In this document: piece after piece, positions 11,202 through 21,425 of the stretch
Layout: every line of letters begins with the position of its first letter
Numbering within the stretch: position 1 is the stretch's first letter
NCBI GenBank assembly: GCA_041690395.1
Contig: JAWLHJ010000007.1
Location: 64,001-128,000 of the forward strand
DNA: 64,000 nt
Direction of reading: 5' to 3'
From: Longimicrobiales bacterium
GTDB taxonomy: Bacteria; Gemmatimonadota; Gemmatimonadetes; Longimicrobiales; Gaopeijiaceae
Made by a program: the position numbers and the translations under genes
The notes under the pieces: model-generated
Databases searched by the model: none
What the model saw: the letters and a program-made list of their open reading frames with translations, nothing else
Told to the model about the DNA's origin: nothing

Positions 11202-12179
11202 ATGCGCCGAGCCCGTATCGTCCCCGTCGCGATCCTGCTGTCCTGCCTCCTTCCGGCGGCCTGTCGTGACGCGCCGCCCCCCGACTCGGCCGACGCGAGC
11301 GATACACCGAACCCCGCCCATCTCGCTCCCGACCCGCTCACGGTGCCGCAGACCGTCTCACTCCTCGGCGAGGAGCTCTACGCCATGGAGGACACGACCG
11401 GCGCCATCGCCGCGGCCGACTCGGCGCTGGCCGAGGCCCCGGACGACGTCGAGCGGCTGATCGAGGCGGGAAGGGTCCGCAGGAACTTCTGGCACTACCG
11501 GCAGGCCATGGCGCTCTACACGCGGGCGGCGGAGCTGGCCCCGGAGGACTGGCGCCCCTACCGGTTCCGCGGGCACCGCTACATCTCGCTCAGGGACTTC
11601 GACGAGGCCATCGTCGACCTCGAGCGGGCCCGGGAGCTCGCGCCGCTCAACTGGGACGTGTCCTATCATCTGGGGCTCGCCTACTTCCTGGCGGGACGCT
11701 TCGACGACGCGGCGGACGAGTATCTGCGATGCCTTGGCCTGGCCAACGACGATGCGGCCCGTGCGGCGGCGTCTCCGGACTTCCGCTCCTGCTCGGCCAA
11801 CGGAGACGACCCGGAGTCCTGGGTGGCCATGACCGAGTGGGCGGTGCGAGCCCTCATGCGAGCCGGGAGGAACGAGGAGTCCGAGCGGCTCCTGGCCGAA
11901 GTGCCGAGCGAGCTCGATGTCGAGGAGAACATCGCCTACTACCACACGCTCCTGCTGTACAAGGGCGAGATGACCGCGGATGATCTGCTGAACCCGGGGC
12001 CGGATGCGCCGTACCGGCTGGAGACGGTGGGGTTCGCGGTGGCCAACTGGATGCTCGCCCGGGGGGAGACGGCCGAGGCGCGTGCGGTGCTCGAGCAGCT
12101 CGTGGAGGATCCCTGGTGGCCCGGGTTCGGACGTATCGCCGCTGAAGTCGAGTTGGCGCGGATGGGCGGTCCCGGCTGA
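11202..12179 (+). CDS. TPR-repeat lipoprotein
   Basis: Signal ending PAAC; TPR patterns YRFRGHRY...A...LERA and YHLGLAYF. Confidence 0.8.
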   Translation: MRRARIVPVAILLSCLLPAACRDAPPPDSADASDTPNPAHLAPDPLTVPQTVSLLGEELYAMEDTTGAIAAADSALAEAPDDVERLIEAGRVRRNFWHYRQAMALYTRAAELAPEDWRPYRFRGHRYISLRDFDEAIVDLERARELAPLNWDVSYHLGLAYFLAGRFDDAADEYLRCLGLANDDAARAAASPDFRSCSANGDDPESWVAMTEWAVRALMRAGRNEESERLLAEVPSELDVEENIAYYHTLLLYKGEMTADDLLNPGPDAPYRLETVGFAVANWMLARGETAEARAVLEQLVEDPWWPGFGRIAAEVELARMGGPG

Positions 12180-12209
12180 GTCGGCCGCGGCCGACCGCGT
12201 CGCGTTGGT

Positions 12210-12238
12210 TTGACGCGGGCGCCCGCGGTCCGTAATTG
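12210..12238 (+). promoter_or_regulatory. Possible sigma70-type promoter for the amidohydrolase pair
   Basis: TTGACG-N17-TAATTG; imperfect -10. Confidence 0.35.
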
Positions 12239-12272
12239 TCATCCAACCCACTCTTGCTTGTCGAGGAACACC

Positions 12273-15233
12273 GTGAAGGGAATCCATTTCGCGTTGGCGC
12301 TGGCGCTCCTGCCCGTCGGGGTCGCCGCCCAGCAGACGACCCGCACGCAGCCCGTCGAGGGCATGCGGGAGAACACGGCCACCTTCCATGCCCTGACCGG
12401 GGCGCGGGTCGTCACCGCTCCGGGCCAGGTCATCGACGGCGCGACCGTCGTCATCCGGGACGGGATCATCCAGGCGGTGGGACCGAACGTCAGCCCTCCG
12501 GCGGGAGCCCGGGTGTGGGACCTCAGCGGGCACACGATCTACCCCGGCTTCATCGACGCCCACGCCGATCTCGGCCTGGACGCCGTTCCCGAGGACGGTG
12601 ACATCGGTCCGACGCACTGGAATCCGCAGGTGCGCGCGTGGTTCAGCACCACGATGAACCTGACCGACGAGTCCGAGCGGAGAAGCTCCCTCCGCTCGCA
12701 GGGCTTCGGCGTGGCCCTCGCCGTGCCCAAGCAGGGAATCTTCCGCGGGAAGGGATCGGTCGTGAACCTCGGCGACGGTGGCCCCCGCGACCGCGTCCTC
12801 CGGCCCGACCTGGTGCAGGCCGTCGGCTTCCAGAGGAGCTTCCAGCTGGGCGGGTCGTATCCGAACTCGCCCATGGGGACCGTCGCGCTCATGGAGCAGA
12901 CGTTCATGGACGCAGACTGGTACCAGCGGGCGTGGGCCGCGTACGAGTCCAGCGGAAGGGCGTTCCTGCCGCCCGAGACGAGTGCGGCCCTCGAAGCCCT
13001 AGAATCCGTGATCGCGGGCCGGCAGCCGGCCCTCTTCGAGACGGGATCCGAGGAGGAGTACCTGCGGGCCCATCGGATCGCCGGCGAGTTCGGCGTGACA
13101 CCATGGTTCCGGGGCAGCGGTCAGGAGTACCGCATCGTGGACGTTCTCCAGGGCCGGACCGATCCGTTGATCGTTCCGCTCGACTTCCCCGACGCGCCGG
13201 ACGTCGACGACCCGGAGGCGGCTCTCAATACCTCCCTGGCGGAGCTGCGTCATTGGTACCTCGCTCCCACGAGCCCGGGAGCGCTGGCGCGCGCCGGGGT
13301 CCCCTTTGCGATCACCTCGGACGGGCTCGCCTCGCTGAACCAGTTCCTTCCCAACCTGCGTATCGCGGTGGCGCGGGGTCTCAGCCCCGCGGACGCACTG
13401 GCGGCGCTCACCGTCACGCCGGCCGGTTGGTTGGGCATCGAGCGGACCCACGGCACGATCGCCGAGGGGAAGGTGGCGAACCTCGTGGTGGCGGACGGGG
13501 ACCTCTTCACGCAGGAGGCCGACGTCGTGGACGTCTGGATCGACGGCCGCGCCTACGACGTGACCCGCTCTCCGGTCATCGACGCCCGTGGCACCTGGCG
13601 GATCGCGTCCAGCGACGACTTCGGCTTCGAGGCCGAGCTCAGACTGGAAGGACCGTTGAACCGGCTCGAGGGACACATCGTGGTCGCACCGGACGGACCG
13701 GGCGGCGGTATCACGATCCCGCTTACCGCCGCATCGGTGGTGGCCGAGACCGGGGGGCTCGAAGTGCGCTTCCCGGGCGACCCGCTGGAGTACGAGGGGA
13801 GCATCCTCCTGGCCGGCTCGGTGGCCGGCGACGAGTTCTTCGGCTGGAGCAGCCTGCCGAACGGAGCGGATCCGGCGTTCAGCGGATCCCGCACCCAGGA
13901 GTACACGGGCGACGTGCGCGGGACCGTGGCGATGAACGTCCCGGAGCTGGATCTCCCGTTCATTCGTCCGATGATGGAGTACGGACGTTCCTCGATTCCC
14001 GACCAGCCCGCGGCCGTTCTGGTGCGCAACGCCACCGTCTGGACCCAGGGGCCCGACGGGCGCATGGAGAATGCGGACCTCCTGATCCGGGCGGGAGAGG
14101 TCGCCGAGGTCGGGCAGAACCTGAGCGCCCCCTCGGGCGCCGTGGTGATCGACGGCACGGGCAAGCACGTGACGCCCGGCCTGATCGACCCGCACATCCA
14201 CTCGGGAACGAACGGCGTCAACGAGAGCGGCTTCGCCATCGTGCCCGAGGTGCAGATGGGCGACGTGGTGACCCACAACAACATCTGGATGTACCGGCAG
14301 CTCGCCGGGGGCCTCACGACCGCCCACATCAAGCATGGCTCGGCGAACCCGATCGGTGGCGAGAACGTGTTCGTGAAGATGCGCTGGGGTGCCCTCCCGG
14401 AGGATCTGAAGCTCGAGGGCGCCCCGCGGACGGTGAAGTTCGCGCTGGGTGAGAATCCGAAGCGGCGGTCCGAGCGTTATCCGGATACGCGCATGGGGGT
14501 GCAGGAGATCGTGCGCGACCACTTCCTCGCGGCCCGGGACTACGAAGCCGAGTGGAACCGGTGGGAAGCCACCGGGGAGGGCATCCCCCCGCGTCGTGAC
14601 CTCCGCATGGAGGCGATCCTGGACATCCTCGATCAGGAGTTGCTGATCTCGTCCCATGGGTATCGACAGGACGAGTTCCTGGCGCTGATCCGCCTCGCCG
14701 AGGAGTTCGGCTTCCGGGTGCAGACGCTGCAGCACGGGGTCGAAGCCTACAAGATCGCGCCGGAGCTGGCGGAGGCGGGTGTGGCCGCCGTGGTGTGGAG
14801 CGACTGGGGGGCGTTCAAGCTCGAGGCGTACGACGCCACGATCTACAACGCCCGGATCCTGATGGAGGCCGGCGTGCTCACGTCCCTCCACTCGGACAAT
14901 TCCGAGATCGCGAGCCGCATGAACTGGGAGGCTGGTAAGCTGCTCAGGACGGGACTCACCGAAGAGCAGGCATTGTCCCTGGTCACGAATCAGGCGGCGC
15001 AGGCGGTCGCCATCGATGAGCACGTGGGGTCGCTCGAGGTGGGCAAGGACGGTGACTTCGTGATCTGGAGCGGAAATCCGCTCTCGCAGTTCACCCGCGC
15101 GGAGCAGACGTGGGTGGACGGCCGGCGCTACTTCTCGCTGGAGGAGGACGCCGAGCTGCGGGCACAGATCGAAGACGAACGAGCGAGACTGATCCAGGCG
15201 ATTCTCGCCTCCGACGGGGGGACGGACCGATGA
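12273..15233 (+). CDS. Secreted double-domain amidohydrolase family protein
   Basis: Signal peptide; two amidohydrolase units (PGFIDAHAD...GKVANLVV and PGLIDPHIH...GSLEVGKDGDFVIW). Confidence 0.88.
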   Translation: MKGIHFALALALLPVGVAAQQTTRTQPVEGMRENTATFHALTGARVVTAPGQVIDGATVVIRDGIIQAVGPNVSPPAGARVWDLSGHTIYPGFIDAHADLGLDAVPEDGDIGPTHWNPQVRAWFSTTMNLTDESERRSSLRSQGFGVALAVPKQGIFRGKGSVVNLGDGGPRDRVLRPDLVQAVGFQRSFQLGGSYPNSPMGTVALMEQTFMDADWYQRAWAAYESSGRAFLPPETSAALEALESVIAGRQPALFETGSEEEYLRAHRIAGEFGVTPWFRGSGQEYRIVDVLQGRTDPLIVPLDFPDAPDVDDPEAALNTSLAELRHWYLAPTSPGALARAGVPFAITSDGLASLNQFLPNLRIAVARGLSPADALAALTVTPAGWLGIERTHGTIAEGKVANLVVADGDLFTQEADVVDVWIDGRAYDVTRSPVIDARGTWRIASSDDFGFEAELRLEGPLNRLEGHIVVAPDGPGGGITIPLTAASVVAETGGLEVRFPGDPLEYEGSILLAGSVAGDEFFGWSSLPNGADPAFSGSRTQEYTGDVRGTVAMNVPELDLPFIRPMMEYGRSSIPDQPAAVLVRNATVWTQGPDGRMENADLLIRAGEVAEVGQNLSAPSGAVVIDGTGKHVTPGLIDPHIHSGTNGVNESGFAIVPEVQMGDVVTHNNIWMYRQLAGGLTTAHIKHGSANPIGGENVFVKMRWGALPEDLKLEGAPRTVKFALGENPKRRSERYPDTRMGVQEIVRDHFLAARDYEAEWNRWEATGEGIPPRRDLRMEAILDILDQELLISSHGYRQDEFLALIRLAEEFGFRVQTLQHGVEAYKIAPELAEAGVAAVVWSDWGAFKLEAYDATIYNARILMEAGVLTSLHSDNSEIASRMNWEAGKLLRTGLTEEQALSLVTNQAAQAVAIDEHVGSLEVGKDGDFVIWSGNPLSQFTRAEQTWVDGRRYFSLEEDAELRAQIEDERARLIQAILASDGGTDR

Positions 15234-16534
15234 GGGCGATGTCGATGAGCGTGAGGGTCTGCGCGACTGCAGCGGCCCTGGTCCTCGGCGGAGCGGCCGT
15301 GGCGGAGGCGCAGGTCCGGATGACGGTCCCGGCGCAGTCGGAGCCGATCGCCCTCCGGGGGGCCACGATCCACACCGTGTCCGACGGCGTGATCGAGAAC
15401 GGAACCATCGTCTTCGAGGACGGGGTCATCACCGCGCTCGGGACCGACGTGCAGATCCCCGCTGGGGCCCGCGTGGTCGATGTGTCCGGCAAGCACCTCT
15501 ATCCCGGACTCATCGACGCCTACAGCACGGTCGGCATCACCGAGATCGGCGCCGTCGACGTCTCCAACGACGTGAACGAGCTCGGTGACTTCAACCCGAA
15601 CGTGCGTGCTGAGGTCGCGGTCAACGCAGAGAGCCGCCACATAGGCACCAGTCGCACCGCGGGCGTCCTCGTCACCGTGAGCACACCGGGGGGCGGACTG
15701 GTGTCGGGCATGTCCTCGGCGCTCAACCTCGAGGGTTGGACATGGGAGGAAATGTCGCTCGAAGGGACCGCGGCGCTCAACGTGAACTGGCCGGATCCCC
15801 TGGAGACGGACGAGGACGAGCCGTCCTACGTGTCGCAGGTCGAGCGTCTGCGCGATTTCTTCGCCGACGCCAGGGCCTACCGTGACGCGGTCGCGGCGGG
15901 TGAGTCCGTGCGGACGGACTCCCGCTACGCGGCGATGATCCCGGCCCTCGATCGCGTGATCCCCGTGGTCATCGCGGCGGACGGTGTGGCGCAGATCAAC
16001 GACGCGATCACGTTCGGCCTCGAGGAAGGCCTCGATGTCGTCATCCGCGGCGGACAGGACGCGATCCACGTGGCCGACCGGCTGGTGGCCCACGACATTC
16101 CCGTGATCCTGACGTCGACCATGGCCGCGCCCGGGCGCGACTGGGAGGGGTACGATCACGAGTACACCGCGGCCGCGCGGCTCCACGAAGCCGGCGTCCG
16201 GTTCGCGATCTCGGGTGGTTCGAGCGCGGCCTACTCCAACCGGCTGCCTTGGGAAGCGGGCGTGGCCGTCGCGTTCGGCCTCCCCGAGGAGGAGGCGGTC
16301 CGGGCCGTGACGCTGAACGCCGCCGAGGTCATGGGTATCGACGACCGGGTCGGGTCGCTGGCGGTCGGAAAGGACGCCACGCTGATCATCACGACCGGAA
16401 ATCCGCTCGACACCACGAGTGACGTCGAGCAGGCGTACATCCAGGGGCGAGAGCTGAACATGCTCGACATCCATCGATTCTTCTTCGAGAAGTACATGGA
16501 GAAGGTGCGGATGTTCAGGCGGCTGGCGTTGTAG
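15230..16534 (+). CDS. Secreted amidohydrolase-like protein lacking HxH
   Basis: Signal peptide; [23 protein letters not shown] overlap with the upstream gene. Confidence 0.85.
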   Translation: MRAMSMSVRVCATAAALVLGGAAVAEAQVRMTVPAQSEPIALRGATIHTVSDGVIENGTIVFEDGVITALGTDVQIPAGARVVDVSGKHLYPGLIDAYSTVGITEIGAVDVSNDVNELGDFNPNVRAEVAVNAESRHIGTSRTAGVLVTVSTPGGGLVSGMSSALNLEGWTWEEMSLEGTAALNVNWPDPLETDEDEPSYVSQVERLRDFFADARAYRDAVAAGESVRTDSRYAAMIPALDRVIPVVIAADGVAQINDAITFGLEEGLDVVIRGGQDAIHVADRLVAHDIPVILTSTMAAPGRDWEGYDHEYTAAARLHEAGVRFAISGGSSAAYSNRLPWEAGVAVAFGLPEEEAVRAVTLNAAEVMGIDDRVGSLAVGKDATLIITTGNPLDTTSDVEQAYIQGRELNMLDIHRFFFEKYMEKVRMFRRLAL

Positions 16535-16668
16535 CAGCGGTAACCACGCGGGAGGGCGGGGGGCAGGATTGCCCGGAAGTGCGTTCGGGGCCACTTTTTG
16601 ACGCTGTCCCCCGCCGAGCGCGGGCGGCTCGAAACCGTCCGAGGCCGGCACCCTGCTTCTCCAGCCCG

Positions 16669-19089
16669 ATGCCCGTGTCGACGCCTCAAGACCATCTCGC
16701 GGTCGCGCCCGAGCTCAGCCGGGACGACATTCTCTCCGACTACCGCACCGCCTACCTCAGCCGCCAGATGAGCATCGTGGCGCGACGGGAGGTGCATGCG
16801 GGTCGGGCCAAGTTCGGGATCTTCGGAGACGGTAAGGAGGTCGCGCAGGTCGCGATGGCTCGGTCGTTCCAAGCGGGAGACTGGCGGGCCGGGTATTACC
16901 GCGATCAGACCCTGATGATGGCGTTGGGCCTTCTCACGCCGCAGGAGTACTTCGCGCAGCTCTACGCGCACGCCGACGTCACCGCCGACCCGGCGAGCGG
17001 CGGACGCTCGATGGGGGGGCATTTCGGGAGCCGACTCCTGGACGAGAAGGGGCTCTGGACGAGCCACCTCGCCCGGCCGAATTCGTCGGCCGACGTGTCG
17101 CCGACCGGGGAGCAGATGCCGAGGCTCGTCGGACTCGGCTACGCTTCGCGCCTCTACCGCGAGCTCGAGGAGCTGCATCACCTTACCGAGTTCTCGGACA
17201 AGGGCAACGAGATCGTCTTCGGCACCATCGGGAACGCGAGCTGCGCCGAGGGGCTCTTCTGGGAGTCGCTGAACGCGATCGGCGTGCTGCAGGCTCCGGT
17301 CATCGTCTCGATCTGGGACGACGGCTACGGGATCTCCGTGCCCGGCGAGCTCCAGGTGCTCGGAGGCAACCTCACCGAGCTCCTGCAGGGCTTCCGGCGT
17401 CGGGACGACCTGCCCAACGGCTTCCACCTGCATACCGTGCGCGGGTGGGACTATCCGGAGCTCCTCTCGGTGTACCGACGCGCCGCGGACAACACACGGA
17501 ACGGACGGATCCCGGCCATCGTGCACGTCGTGGAGATGACCCAGCCGCAGGGACACTCCACGTCCGGCAGCCACGAGCGGTACAAGCCGCAGGAGCGGCT
17601 CGACTGGGAGACCGAGTACGACCCGCTGACGAAGATGCGTGCCTGGATGATCGCGGAAGGGATCGCGGAGGAGTCGGATCTCGCGGTCATCGAATCCGAG
17701 CTCGACAAGAAGGTCTTCGAGTACCGGGACGAGGCCTGGGATGCCTTCCGGAAGGAGCCTTGCGCCGAGGCGGACGAGCTGGCGGGCCTGATCGAAGAAG
17801 CCGCTGGGCACTCGGATCGTCGCGAGGAGCTCTTCTCGGTGGCGAGCAAGCTGCGCGCGATGGAGGCGCCGTTCCGGAAGCAGCTCGTGGAGTCGTGCCG
17901 CTCCGCGCTCATGATCGTCCGGACCGAGCAGAACCCGGTCGAGGCCCGACTCGCGGCCTGGAACCGTAAGGCGCTCGCCGAGGGCCGGGCCATCTTCGCG
18001 CGTCACCTGACCAGCGAGTCGGAAGAGTCTCCGCTCAGGGTACCCGCGGTCCCCCCGGTCTACGGCGACGACCCCGAGCAGCTCCGTGGCTTCGAGATCC
18101 TGAACAAGGCGTTCGACGCGATTCTGGAGCGCGACCCGCGCGTGCTGATCTTCGGTGAGGACGTGGGCAAGCTCGGTGGGGTGAACGCCAGCCTGACCGG
18201 GCTCCAGGACAAGTACGGGGAGCACCGTGTCGGCGATACCGGCATCCGTGAGGCGACGATCGCGGGGCAGGCGGTGGGCCTCGCCGTGCGTGGGCTCCGC
18301 CCGATCGCCGAGATCCAGTACCTCGACTACATCCTCTACGCGATCCAGGTGCTCTCGGACGATCTCGCGATGATGCAGTGGCGATCCGCGGGCGGTCAGA
18401 AGGCTCCGGCCATCATCCGCACGAGGGGTCACCGGCTCGAGGGCATCTGGCACTCGGGCTCACCGATGGCTGCGCTCGTCGGGTTGCTCCGCGGCATGCA
18501 CGTCGTGGTGCCCCGGGACTTCACGCGTGCGGCCGGCTTCTACAACACGCTGCTCCAGGGTGACGACCCCGCGCTCGTGATCGAGGTCCTGAACGGATAC
18601 CGCCTGAGGGAGCCGGTGCCGGAGAACCTGACCGAGATGACGATTCCCCTCGGTCAGCCCGAAGTGCTGCGCTCGGGACGCGACGTCACGCTGGTGACGT
18701 ACGGGGCGTGCTGCCGCATCGCCGAGTCCGCGGCCGACCTGCTCGCGGAGGCCGGGATCGAGGTCGAGATCATCGACGTGCAGACGCTGCTCCCGTTCGA
18801 CCTGGATCACCGGATCGTCGAGTCGGTCAGGAAGACGAGCCGGCTGGTCGTGCTCGACGAGGACGTTCCGGGTGGGGCGTCCGCCTACATCGTGCAGAAA
18901 GTGGTCGAAGAGCAGCAGGGGTTCATGTGGCTCGATGCGCCCCCGACGACGATCACGGCGCAGGAGCACCGTCCGGCCTACGGGTCCGACGGGGACTTCT
19001 TCAGCAAGCCCGGCGTCGAGGACGTCTTCGAGGCGGTCTACGCGCTCATGCACGAGTTCAAGCCGAGTCGGTACCCGCGGATCGGCTGA
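16669..19089 (+). CDS. 2-oxoacid dehydrogenase E1 alpha/beta fusion (TPP-dependent)
   Basis: [46 protein letters not shown]. Confidence 0.92.
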   Translation: MPVSTPQDHLAVAPELSRDDILSDYRTAYLSRQMSIVARREVHAGRAKFGIFGDGKEVAQVAMARSFQAGDWRAGYYRDQTLMMALGLLTPQEYFAQLYAHADVTADPASGGRSMGGHFGSRLLDEKGLWTSHLARPNSSADVSPTGEQMPRLVGLGYASRLYRELEELHHLTEFSDKGNEIVFGTIGNASCAEGLFWESLNAIGVLQAPVIVSIWDDGYGISVPGELQVLGGNLTELLQGFRRRDDLPNGFHLHTVRGWDYPELLSVYRRAADNTRNGRIPAIVHVVEMTQPQGHSTSGSHERYKPQERLDWETEYDPLTKMRAWMIAEGIAEESDLAVIESELDKKVFEYRDEAWDAFRKEPCAEADELAGLIEEAAGHSDRREELFSVASKLRAMEAPFRKQLVESCRSALMIVRTEQNPVEARLAAWNRKALAEGRAIFARHLTSESEESPLRVPAVPPVYGDDPEQLRGFEILNKAFDAILERDPRVLIFGEDVGKLGGVNASLTGLQDKYGEHRVGDTGIREATIAGQAVGLAVRGLRPIAEIQYLDYILYAIQVLSDDLAMMQWRSAGGQKAPAIIRTRGHRLEGIWHSGSPMAALVGLLRGMHVVVPRDFTRAAGFYNTLLQGDDPALVIEVLNGYRLREPVPENLTEMTIPLGQPEVLRSGRDVTLVTYGACCRIAESAADLLAEAGIEVEIIDVQTLLPFDLDHRIVESVRKTSRLVVLDEDVPGGASAYIVQKVVEEQQGFMWLDAPPTTITAQEHRPAYGSDGDFFSKPGVEDVFEAVYALMHEFKPSRYPRIG

Positions 19090-19098
19090 CGCGCGAGG

Positions 19099-19159
19099 GA
19101 CGGGGCGAGCGCGACGGCGCGTCCCCCGGTAGGGGTAGCGCCGTCGCGCCGGCCCCGTC
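19099..19159. terminator. GC-rich hairpin after the E1 gene, no U-tract
   Basis: GCGCGACGGCGC (19109-19120) / GCGCCGTCGCGC (19138-19149) plus outer GACGGGGC/GCCCCGTC. Confidence 0.5.
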
Positions 19160-19242
19160 ACGTTGGGGGTGCGTCTCGGATGCGATCCGGGGCGACCGCG
19201 TCGTGCCGGCGCGGTCCGGATCCCTCCCGCTCCGCCGCATTC

Positions 19243-19854
19243 ATGGACGACTCCGAACGCCCGGTCGACGTGCTCGTCGTCGACGACGTCGAGGAGAACC
19301 GCCTCGAGCTCACGACCTTTCTCGAGCATCCCAACCGGCGGCTGATCACCGCTCCAGACGGGGAAAAGGCACTGGCCTGGCTCGCGGAGCACGACTTCGC
19401 GGCGGTCGTGCTGGACGTGCATCTGCCGGGGCTCAGCGGATTCGATGTCGCGGAGCGGATGCGGCAGGAACCGCGTACCGAGCACGTCCCGATCCTCTTC
19501 GTCACCGCGGTCATGCAGCAGCCCCAGGACGTCTTCGTGGGTTATGAGGTGGGGGCCGTGGACTACCTGCTTCGCCCCATCGATCCGCACGTGCTCCGGA
19601 GCAAGGTCACGATCCTGTGCGACCTGTGGGTGCAGCGGCGAATCATCGAGGAGAAGAATGCGCAGCTGGAGCGCCACCTCGCGGAGATCGAGACATTGCG
19701 CGGCTTGATTCCGGTCTGCGCGCGCTGCCACCGGATTCGCGACTCGGACGGACTCTGGGAGCGCTGTGTCAGCTATATGACACGGCACACCGAGGCCGAG
19801 TTCACCCACACGATCTGCGAGACCTGCTCGGAGGTCCTCTACCCCGACGAATGA
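19243..19854 (+). CDS. Response regulator: REC domain plus C-terminal Cys/His-rich tail
   Basis: VLVVDD, VVLDVHLPG, FVTA, DYLLRP; tail CARC...HTICETC. Confidence 0.88.
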   Translation: MDDSERPVDVLVVDDVEENRLELTTFLEHPNRRLITAPDGEKALAWLAEHDFAAVVLDVHLPGLSGFDVAERMRQEPRTEHVPILFVTAVMQQPQDVFVGYEVGAVDYLLRPIDPHVLRSKVTILCDLWVQRRIIEEKNAQLERHLAEIETLRGLIPVCARCHRIRDSDGLWERCVSYMTRHTEAEFTHTICETCSEVLYPDE

Positions 19855-19971
19855 CGGTTGTCCTCCGGGGCGGTAGGGCACGCGGTCCCGGGTCCGTACA
19901 CGCCGCGCAACTTGTGGGTGGCTCGGACCGTAGGGAAGAGAGTCACGATCGTTCCTCACCGGAGCTCACCC

Positions 19972-20250
19972 ATGGGCCTCGACTTTCTCGTTCCGATCTT
20001 CGGTATCCTGCTCGTGCTGGTGCCGGTTACCGGCCTCACGGCGGTCTTCACACTGCGCTATGGAGGCAAGCCGTTCATCGAGACCCTCGCGCGCGAGTTG
20101 CGGGGGGCCGGTACGCTTCCTCATCCCGAGTCCTCGCGGCAGATCGAGGTGCTTACCGAACAGGTCGAGCAGCTCACGGCCGAGGTCGAGCGCCTGAGGG
20201 AGGCTCAGAGCTTCGACGAGCGGCTCCTGGAGCGGGAGAAGCGGGGCTAG
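19972..20250 (+). CDS. Small membrane protein (TM plus coiled coil)
   Basis: GGAG RBS; hydrophobic N-terminus; heptads QIEVLTEQVEQLTAEVERL. Confidence 0.7.
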   Translation: MGLDFLVPIFGILLVLVPVTGLTAVFTLRYGGKPFIETLARELRGAGTLPHPESSRQIEVLTEQVEQLTAEVERLREAQSFDERLLEREKRG

Positions 20251-20355
20251 TAGTCCGCCTGGTGGTGGACGTCTTGCTCATCGCGGACTCACCCGCGTTC
20301 GTGTGTACACCGTGGGGTGGGGCCCTCGATGTGAACACCGATCCAGGAGGTACGC

Positions 20356-21312
20356 GTGCCGGAAGCCCAGCTGCATGTCGTTTTCGGAGCAGGGCAGGTC
20401 GGGTGGTACCTCGCCAGGGATCTCCTCACGCACGGCGCTCGAGTCCGCGTGGTCAAGCGATCGCCCGGTGACCTCCCCGAGGGTGTCGAGACGCTGCTCG
20501 GCGACGCGACCGATCCCCGGTTCTGCGAGGAAGCCGCTCGCGGCGCGGATGTCGTCTATCACTGCATGAATCCGGCGTACGACACCCGCGAGTGGGCGCA
20601 GCTCCTCCCGCGCTTCCTCGAGAACCTGATCGGGGCGGCGGGCAGGGTGGGTGCTCGCCTGGTCGTGATGGAGAACCTGTACATGGTCGGTCGCGGTGGA
20701 GACACGGCCATCGACGAAGAGACGCCGATGAACCCGGAGAGCCGGAAAGGTGAGATCCGCGCGCGCCTGGCCGAGCAGCTCTTCGAGGCCCACGAGCGCG
20801 GCGACGTACGGGCGGTCTCCGGCCGCGCCTCCGACTACTACGGGCCGCGCGGCGTGGGGACGCACTTCGGCGGCGCGTTCTGGCGGCCGGCGTTGAAAGG
20901 TAAGCGGGCGGCCTTCCTCCCCGACGCGGACACGCCGCACAGCTACCATTACATCCCCGACGTGGGGTGCGCGCTCTCGGAGCTCGGGCGTGCCGAAGAC
21001 GATGTCCTCGGGCGGCACTGGATGCTCCCGTGCGCACCCGGGGAGCCGAGCCGCTCGCTCGTCGCCCGCTTCGAGCGCGTTCTCGGGCAGCCGATCGAGC
21101 TACGGGGGATCCCGCGCCCCGTGGTGAGACTACTCGGCCTCTTCATGCCTATGCTCGGCGAGATCGGCGAGATGCTCCACCAATGGGACGAGCCGTTCGT
21201 CGTGGACGACCGGAGATACCGGGCGCGCTTCGGGGGCACGCCCACCGCCCCCGACGTGGGTGCCGCCGCCACCGTGGCGTGGGCCCGCGAACAGTTCGCC
21301 CGGGCCGGCTGA
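20356..21312 (+). CDS. NAD-dependent epimerase/dehydratase family protein
   Basis: VVFGAGQVG, ENLYM, RASDYYGP; AGGAGG RBS. Confidence 0.85.
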   Translation: MPEAQLHVVFGAGQVGWYLARDLLTHGARVRVVKRSPGDLPEGVETLLGDATDPRFCEEAARGADVVYHCMNPAYDTREWAQLLPRFLENLIGAAGRVGARLVVMENLYMVGRGGDTAIDEETPMNPESRKGEIRARLAEQLFEAHERGDVRAVSGRASDYYGPRGVGTHFGGAFWRPALKGKRAAFLPDADTPHSYHYIPDVGCALSELGRAEDDVLGRHWMLPCAPGEPSRSLVARFERVLGQPIELRGIPRPVVRLLGLFMPMLGEIGEMLHQWDEPFVVDDRRYRARFGGTPTAPDVGAAATVAWAREQFARAG

Positions 21313-21425
21313 GGGGGGCGGAGTAAGGGGGGGCCGGTTGGGCTGACCCGCTCCGGGGCGTATCTTGCGAGCTTCCGGGCGCGCATCTGCGTCCATCCCT
21401 GAGACACACGATACCGGGCAACCCG

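Noticed and set aside
16669..19089. E1 alpha/beta fusion without adjacent E2/E3
   Set aside because: A common arrangement; partners are probably elsewhere in the genome
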